This document shows, piece after piece, positions 58,970 to 64,000 of a stretch of DNA of 64,000 nt (positions are counted from its first letter, which is position 1; every line of letters starts with the position of its first letter). Made by a program: the position numbers and the translations under genes. The DNA comes from an uncultured bacterium (GTDB lineage: Bacteria; Oederibacteriota; PGYV01; CAWJRG01): positions 352,001 through 416,000 of the forward strand of contig CAWJRG010000010.1 of NCBI GenBank assembly GCA_963845185.1. The letters run 5' to 3'. The notes under the pieces are model-generated. The model saw nothing but the letters and a program-made list of their open reading frames with translations, searched no databases and was not told where the DNA came from.

Positions 58970-59464
58970 CTAAAACCGTGCCTCAAGCAGTGTTAAGCCT
59001 GCAATACTTTTATCGTGCTTGTTAATATCCATTGGATTTTCCGACGTTATATTGCTGCAGGTATAATTATATTTATCTATGGCATCATAGATAAAAGTTG
59101 TTTGAAGAATGCTTGACGCTACACCCAACAGGACAAGAGGCAAACAAATATAATTCGGCTGCCCTTTATGCAGTACCAGCACAAGGTCATCAACGGCAAA
59201 ATAAAGCGCGGGTATGTCGAACACAAACATTGCTATCCTGGCTATCCTTGCATTCCTGAGCGAATCCATGGCCGCGGGGCAGCCTTTTATAACAGGCTCT
59301 ATCTGTGGGGCAGCCCAGCCCCAGTCCCATCCCAGTTCTTTCCCGTCATATAAATACTGCACCGCCAGCCCGTTTGTTGATTCTGTAATTTTATTTGTTT
59401 CAGCCGCGCGTACTGGCGAAAACAGCATAATTATCATGATTATGAATATGTATTTATTTTTCAC
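58970..59464 (-). CDS. Hypothetical membrane protein
   Basis: Signal peptide plus two hydrophobic segments. Confidence 0.65.
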   Translation of the reverse strand: MKNKYIFIIMIIMLFSPVRAAETNKITESTNGLAVQYLYDGKELGWDWGWAAPQIEPVIKGCPAAMDSLRNARIARIAMFVFDIPALYFAVDDLVLVLHKGQPNYICLPLVLLGVASSILQTTFIYDAIDKYNYTCSNITSENPMDINKHDKSIAGLTLLEARF

Positions 59465-59678
59465 AAATGTCCACCTTTTCTGTTCATTTTTTTAGTACTG
59501 ATGATTGTGATTTTTTCTGATTTGAAAAAGGATTATACAGTCCGACTGTTGCAAAGTCAATTTATCTTTTAAATGCGTATCACATGCCTGTAAAACAGGG
59601 ATATGATTTGTATATTATGCCGTGTATATAACCGGCGTTGAACCCCATCCTCCAACTACGTTCCTGCCTGCGTCGCAG

Positions 59679-60440
59679 TTAAACCCGAAATGAAAATATT
59701 TTTTTCCGGGTTCGAAGCCTGCCGCTCTTGATGACTCCCGGATTTTGTTTGTCTTTTAAGGACAGCGCGTTTCCGGTCAGCAGGGCAAAAAATACCACAT
59801 CCTGGTTTTGAGGCTCATACACGGCATCATCTTTCCTTGATATTCCGTAAATGACAGCCGGCCCTGTGCCTGACGAAAACATTGAGCTGTCATTTATGTA
59901 ATCGCAGTTATCTTCGGCGCTTTTTCCTTTGGCTGGAGCAGGCACCGGACTTTTAGCGGATATGCCCACACCCCAGTCTATGGCCATTGCATGGCTGTAA
60001 TTCATCGTCAGTTTCTGCTTGCTTCCTGCCGCAGTAATTTCCACTATTGTGCCTTTTTTTGCCGGTAATTTCGTTTCAAAATATGCTTTCGAGCATGGCT
60101 TTATGCTGATTGTTTCCGTTAGGCCGTCAATGTAAATCGCAACGTCGCCGCTATAGGATTTTGACACGGCAAAAACCCCTGCAGTGTCCGCGGCATGTAT
60201 GTCCTCGGACTGCCAGTATTCGATAAAGGCAAACAGCCCGTACGGCAATTCGCCCTTATACAGCTCGTCACACAGTTTGCCCGGCTCTTCGCCCTCCTGC
60301 TGCGCCTGAGGATTGCCGCCGTAACTCTGCCCAAGCAGGTTCCCAAGTACATTGTCAAGACCCAGTTTTTTCACCACACTTCCGCGCAAGTGACCGAAAA
60401 TCTTTTCCACTATCTGCTGAATTATGTCCTTTTCCGCCAT
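59679..60440 (-). CDS. Hypothetical protein at the end of the tad cluster
   Basis: 253 aa ORF with GGAGG RBS. Confidence 0.65.
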   Translation of the reverse strand: MAEKDIIQQIVEKIFGHLRGSVVKKLGLDNVLGNLLGQSYGGNPQAQQEGEEPGKLCDELYKGELPYGLFAFIEYWQSEDIHAADTAGVFAVSKSYSGDVAIYIDGLTETISIKPCSKAYFETKLPAKKGTIVEITAAGSKQKLTMNYSHAMAIDWGVGISAKSPVPAPAKGKSAEDNCDYINDSSMFSSGTGPAVIYGISRKDDAVYEPQNQDVVFFALLTGNALSLKDKQNPGVIKSGRLRTRKKIFSFRV

Positions 60441-60541
60441 TTTACGCCTCCGTTTCTACATAATTTTCAATGTCATTAATTCTCAATTGTCAATTAACAG
60501 CCTTTCATTGAAAACTAATAATTCTTAATTAATAATTTCAC

Positions 60542-61333
60542 TCACTCTTCCCTTTTTTTCAGCATCATGTCGCTGTTTAATTCCTGCTTCAGCTTTTCCT
60601 CGTCGCCTTTTTCATTTGCCTTTATCTGGTTTATGAGCTCGTTTATTGACGCGAGCCTGATTTTCTCCTTTGCCGTGTCGCCCACCGGCCTCAACGAAAG
60701 GCTTATCCTGCCTTTTTCCCTGGCAAAAACCAGCAGTTCAGTCTCTTCAGGCGTGAGCGCGAGCGTCACCGCGCTGTAATTTGCTTCTTTTGACGCGCTT
60801 CCAGAAAAATCGTTGCCTGCCGCTATCACCCTCACCGCCTGCAGTATGGTGGCAGTGACCGTATAAACTTTTTTATTTTCGTTTATTTCGAAAGTAAGCA
60901 CCACATCCACGTAATCGCCTGCTTTGACCATGTAGTCAACCAAGCTTTGCTCGTCCACTGCTATGCTCACGGCCCTCATGCCCGTGGGTATGGCCGTGTT
61001 TAATTTTTCCGCGCTTTCGGAAATCTTGTTCATCATTATGGGCTCTCCCTTGATGAAAGGCACCAGCGTGATTTTGTTTTTCGCCTTTTGAAAGTCAAGC
61101 ACGTGCGCCGACGTGATGAAATTTTTCGGCATCTCCTTGTATTCGACATTTTCCCTTTTTATTTCAGCGTAAGCCGGGATGTAATCCGCTGCCACCAGCA
61201 CCTTGACCGGCTCCATTTTCGACATGACGCTTTGTTCCATGCCTGTGATATAAAAATAACCCAGCCCAGCCGCTATCAATCCGGCTGTAACCGCTATTAA
61301 AAAAAGCCTTCGTTCAGGTTTTTCGCTTGCCAT
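60542..61333 (-). CDS. cpaB: Flp pilus assembly protein CpaB/RcpC
   Basis: VLVAA SAF domain, GEPI, GMRAVSIAV, GDYVDV, ILQAVRVIA, VTLALTPEE, LSLR. Confidence 0.9.
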   Translation of the reverse strand: MASEKPERRLFLIAVTAGLIAAGLGYFYITGMEQSVMSKMEPVKVLVAADYIPAYAEIKRENVEYKEMPKNFITSAHVLDFQKAKNKITLVPFIKGEPIMMNKISESAEKLNTAIPTGMRAVSIAVDEQSLVDYMVKAGDYVDVVLTFEINENKKVYTVTATILQAVRVIAAGNDFSGSASKEANYSAVTLALTPEETELLVFAREKGRISLSLRPVGDTAKEKIRLASINELINQIKANEKGDEEKLKQELNSDMMLKKREE

Positions 61334-61357
61334 ATAAACCTCCTGTAAATTTTATTA

Positions 61358-62458
61358 TTACATTTTTATATTGTCTATTGCCGAAGCCGTTGACGGAATC
61401 AGGTTCACAACTTTTATAAGCAGCTGCGCCGCGGTATCTTCCGAGATATCCTCCATGCTGCCGGTCTCCTTGCATAAATCAATAAGCTTGCCGAAAGTAT
61501 CTATGGTGCTGTTACCCTTGCCGAGCATTGAAATTATCTGCCTTACGCTGTCGAAATTTTCCAGGCTGTATTTGCCTTCCACCACGTCCTGCGCCGTGCT
61601 TATATCCTGGCTTGTAATGCCGTACTTTGACAGGGCTCCATTTCCTTTTTGGTCTATAAAACCCGCTATCTGGTCCTGGGCCACCTGCCCCTCGCTTGTC
61701 ACAGCATCTATTTTATCCACAGCCCCGCCGATTTTCGATATGAAATCCGCGTTTGCGAGTATCATATTAAGGAATTTTTCCATTATATCGAGCATGCCGC
61801 TGCCCTGCTCGTCTCTGTTATTTTGGCCGTTGCCTGTAATATCGAGTTTGGAATTGATGTTTACCGGGTTTGGCGCGTTTCCTATGTTCAGGCTTCCGGG
61901 CATGTTCTTGTCCAGCCCCAGGCTGTTGTCGCTTAGCCCGAGTTTGGTATCGCTGCTCAGCAGGCTGTTGTTTTCTTCGGACAGCAGGTTCAGTTTGGCG
62001 GTATAACCTGAGCTTGCAGTAACCCCTGCGCCCGTATATGAAAAGTCATTGCCTGTGTTAAATTGGGTATAATTAAGCGCTGCTGCTCTCATTTCGTCTG
62101 TCATGCCTGTAAAATCCTGGTTGCTGGCCACTATTTTCCTGATTGCAGCGAAATATTGCTTTAAATCAATGTGATTAGGCGCGCCGGTTGCCTTTAAAAT
62201 CTTCAAAATCATGCTTGCCACCCTTATTTTCTGGAGCCAGCCCTGGATCTGCCCTATAGGCAAAGTATTTTGTATTGCCCCGGTTATGTCCTGGCCTGCG
62301 GTTTTAATATCGCCAAAAACTCCGTTCGATACAAAAGGCGACATGACAAATTTCGCTATTATTTCGCCGTACGACATGTCTGCCGCGGCAAAACCGGCGC
62401 CGGCGGACAGGATAAGGCCGACTATAAAGGCCGCCTTCAGCCTATTATTGTGAGCCAT
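61358..62458 (-). CDS. Hypothetical secreted protein in the tad cluster
   Basis: Signal peptide; overlaps the upstream gene. Confidence 0.7.
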   Translation of the reverse strand: MAHNNRLKAAFIVGLILSAGAGFAAADMSYGEIIAKFVMSPFVSNGVFGDIKTAGQDITGAIQNTLPIGQIQGWLQKIRVASMILKILKATGAPNHIDLKQYFAAIRKIVASNQDFTGMTDEMRAAALNYTQFNTGNDFSYTGAGVTASSGYTAKLNLLSEENNSLLSSDTKLGLSDNSLGLDKNMPGSLNIGNAPNPVNINSKLDITGNGQNNRDEQGSGMLDIMEKFLNMILANADFISKIGGAVDKIDAVTSEGQVAQDQIAGFIDQKGNGALSKYGITSQDISTAQDVVEGKYSLENFDSVRQIISMLGKGNSTIDTFGKLIDLCKETGSMEDISEDTAAQLLIKVVNLIPSTASAIDNIKM

Positions 62459-63168
62459 TGCTCCCCTCCGGAATAATAAATGTTGAAAAGGTATTGTTTT
62501 TTTGCTTTTTGTATCATGTAAGACACGCTGTCTTTTTCCTCTTTTTCGTACAAAATTTCCCAGCCCTGTTTCTTAAAAAAATCCCTGTAATAATCTTTTA
62601 CCGCATTGCCTGAATAAGCCACCCTGTAAAAATTGCCGAAACCGGCGGTTTTGCCCGAAGAGAGCATTTCTATGCTTAAGATTTTTTCCGCGCCCGGAAA
62701 ATGCGCAAGGCCGTCGTCAAAGCCCTTGAATTTATCCGGATTCATGCCGCCCCTGATTTTTACCTTCACCACTTCGGTTTTGCTTTTGCCGTTTACAGCT
62801 GTTATTAAAGTCCCGTTGTTCTTTTCATCCCTGAAAAAAACATAGTCGTAATCGTAAACCGGCGTTTCCCTGCCGCTGTTTATAAAAAATTTCGCCATGC
62901 TGTCAATGCCAGCGTTGTCTATCACAATATATTTTTTCTGCCGGGCCAGCGCAATGTAATACCCTATTATGTCGCCTGCGTCTTTGTCGCTTTCGTACCG
63001 TGTGGCTTCCAGTTTCCTGTCATTTATTTTCATTTCTACCTGGTTTGTTTTCTTCGCGTTAAAATTATACTGCAGGGAGTCCGGTGTGCCCTCCATTATG
63101 TCGAAAACGCCTGCGCAAGTCTGGCGGCAAAAGCATAAAAATAAAATTAAGGCGGCTATTTTCTTCAT
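62437..63168 (-). CDS. Hypothetical secreted protein in the tad cluster
   Basis: Signal peptide; coupled to the TadE-like gene. Confidence 0.7.
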   Translation of the reverse strand: MKKIAALILFLCFCRQTCAGVFDIMEGTPDSLQYNFNAKKTNQVEMKINDRKLEATRYESDKDAGDIIGYYIALARQKKYIVIDNAGIDSMAKFFINSGRETPVYDYDYVFFRDEKNNGTLITAVNGKSKTEVVKVKIRGGMNPDKFKGFDDGLAHFPGAEKILSIEMLSSGKTAGFGNFYRVAYSGNAVKDYYRDFFKKQGWEILYEKEEKDSVSYMIQKAKKQYLFNIYYSGGEQWLTIIG

Positions 63169-63680
63169 TGTGTCCCCTCGCTGTACTGGCCCGTGTATTC
63201 CTTGTCTAGTTTTATTGTATCAGTAACCTTAAAGGTAAAGCTTCCGCCGGTAGCTGTAAAAAGGCTTGTGCTTAAATCCAGTGCGCTTTTCCCCGTAATA
63301 ACCGTGAACAGGTTAAAAAGTCCCTGCTTGTAATCAAGCTGCACATCCGTGCCGGTAAACTTTTTCAGAAGGTTCATTTGCCCCATTTGCCCGAATCCCG
63401 CATCGCCCGACTGCTGGGTGCCCGAGTAAGTCACAGAAACCCCGTTGGCCATTCCCAGCTTTTTCCCCATCTCGTTTGCGAATGCCTGTATGTCGTTTCC
63501 CTGGTCAGCGTCCGACGCCACAAAAAGCATGGTTTCCCTCTCGAGCATCGCGAGCTGTATTTTTTTCATCAGGAGCACGGTAAACTGGAATATCGCAATA
63601 AAAAACAGGATAAGCAGCGGAAGGACTATTACCATCTCGGTCATCGCCTGCCCCTTATTGGACTTTAATATTTTTTTCAA
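63165..63680 (-). CDS. TadE-family pseudopilin
   Basis: KGQAMTEMVIVLPLLILFF motif. Confidence 0.85.
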   Translation of the reverse strand: MKKILKSNKGQAMTEMVIVLPLLILFFIAIFQFTVLLMKKIQLAMLERETMLFVASDADQGNDIQAFANEMGKKLGMANGVSVTYSGTQQSGDAGFGQMGQMNLLKKFTGTDVQLDYKQGLFNLFTVITGKSALDLSTSLFTATGGSFTFKVTDTIKLDKEYTGQYSEGTQ

Positions 63681-63736
63681 ACCATCCTCCTGAAAATATT
63701 TTTGTTATATACCTGCAAACTTTTGCACGAAAATCT

Positions 63737-64000
63737 TTAGTGCAATAAAATGTCATTGCTTGCCTGGCCGGACAGGATATTTATATACTTTAAATAGTCT
63801 TTTAGTTTCGCAAGTGTCTGTAACTGCTGCATTTTTGGCAGCATAACATGCCTTATTTTAGGCGTATATCCGGCGCCGTTAATGTCCCATATTGACATTG
63901 ACCCTCCGTCAATGGTCGTCATGGCTGTGCTCAGCAAAAAAGCAGGCTTGATTTCATTGCCCTTGTCGTCGGTTAAAAAGCCCGAGCTTAAAAGCTGTTT
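63737..64000 (-). CDS. C-terminal end of an ORF entering from the right edge
   Basis: Frame is open from 64000 to the stop at 63737. Confidence 0.6.
   Translation of the reverse strand, partial: KQLLSSGFLTDDKGNEIKPAFLLSTAMTTIDGGSMSIWDINGAGYTPKIRHVMLPKMQQLQTLAKLKDYLKYINILSGQASNDILLH

Noticed and set aside
324..63693. Numerous short ORFs antisense to or overlapping real genes (e.g. 20429-21199 -, 41417-42091 +, 45300-45926 +, 50485-51237 -)
   Set aside because: Shadow frames of well-supported genes or of low-complexity stalk repeats, with no motifs of their own.
1..64000. tRNA or rRNA genes
   Set aside because: None recognised by eye; not checked computationally.

Overview
Bacterial DNA, almost all coding on the minus strand. 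An Omp85-like protein and many lipoproteins point to a diderm, probably uncultured, lineage (inference). (1) 1-10.6 kb: a self-contained sigma54-controlled locus. It holds a bEBP activator with an unusual N-terminal domain, two UDG-superfamily-like ORFs, a beta-CASP/RNase J-like nuclease, an unknown ORF and a PD-(D/E)XK-like nuclease. A second sigma54 promoter then drives MoxR AAA+, an unknown ORF and a HExxH-peptidase/vWA gene. Both -24/-12 promoters have the same GTCA-N5-TGAY palindrome 52-54 bp upstream. (2) 10.8-34.8 kb: mostly housekeeping genes (MBL hydrolase, frameshifted uppP, Omp85-like protein, two MATEs, dcd, SDR, YfhO, AmmeMemo B-A fusion, queF, pilin). This part also has an internally deleted IS1182-like element and a group II intron inserted at a start codon whose domain VI supplies a replacement RBS and ATG. 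(3) 35-57.5 kb: a large secreted glycoside hydrolase, then a tandem array of lipoprotein genes. Many share a terminator-promoter-RBS-signal peptide leader and a T/A/Q stalk but carry different C-terminal domains (NHL, Kelch-like, RCC1, FGE/SUMF1). An ORF-less group IIC intron sits behind one terminator. (4) 57.9-64 kb: hypothetical genes and part of a Tad/Flp pilus cluster. A two-hairpin ~95-nt element with compensatory base changes lies directly 5' of the RBS of four unrelated genes and is a candidate undescribed cis-regulatory RNA. All family assignments come from reading motifs by eye; no searches were run.
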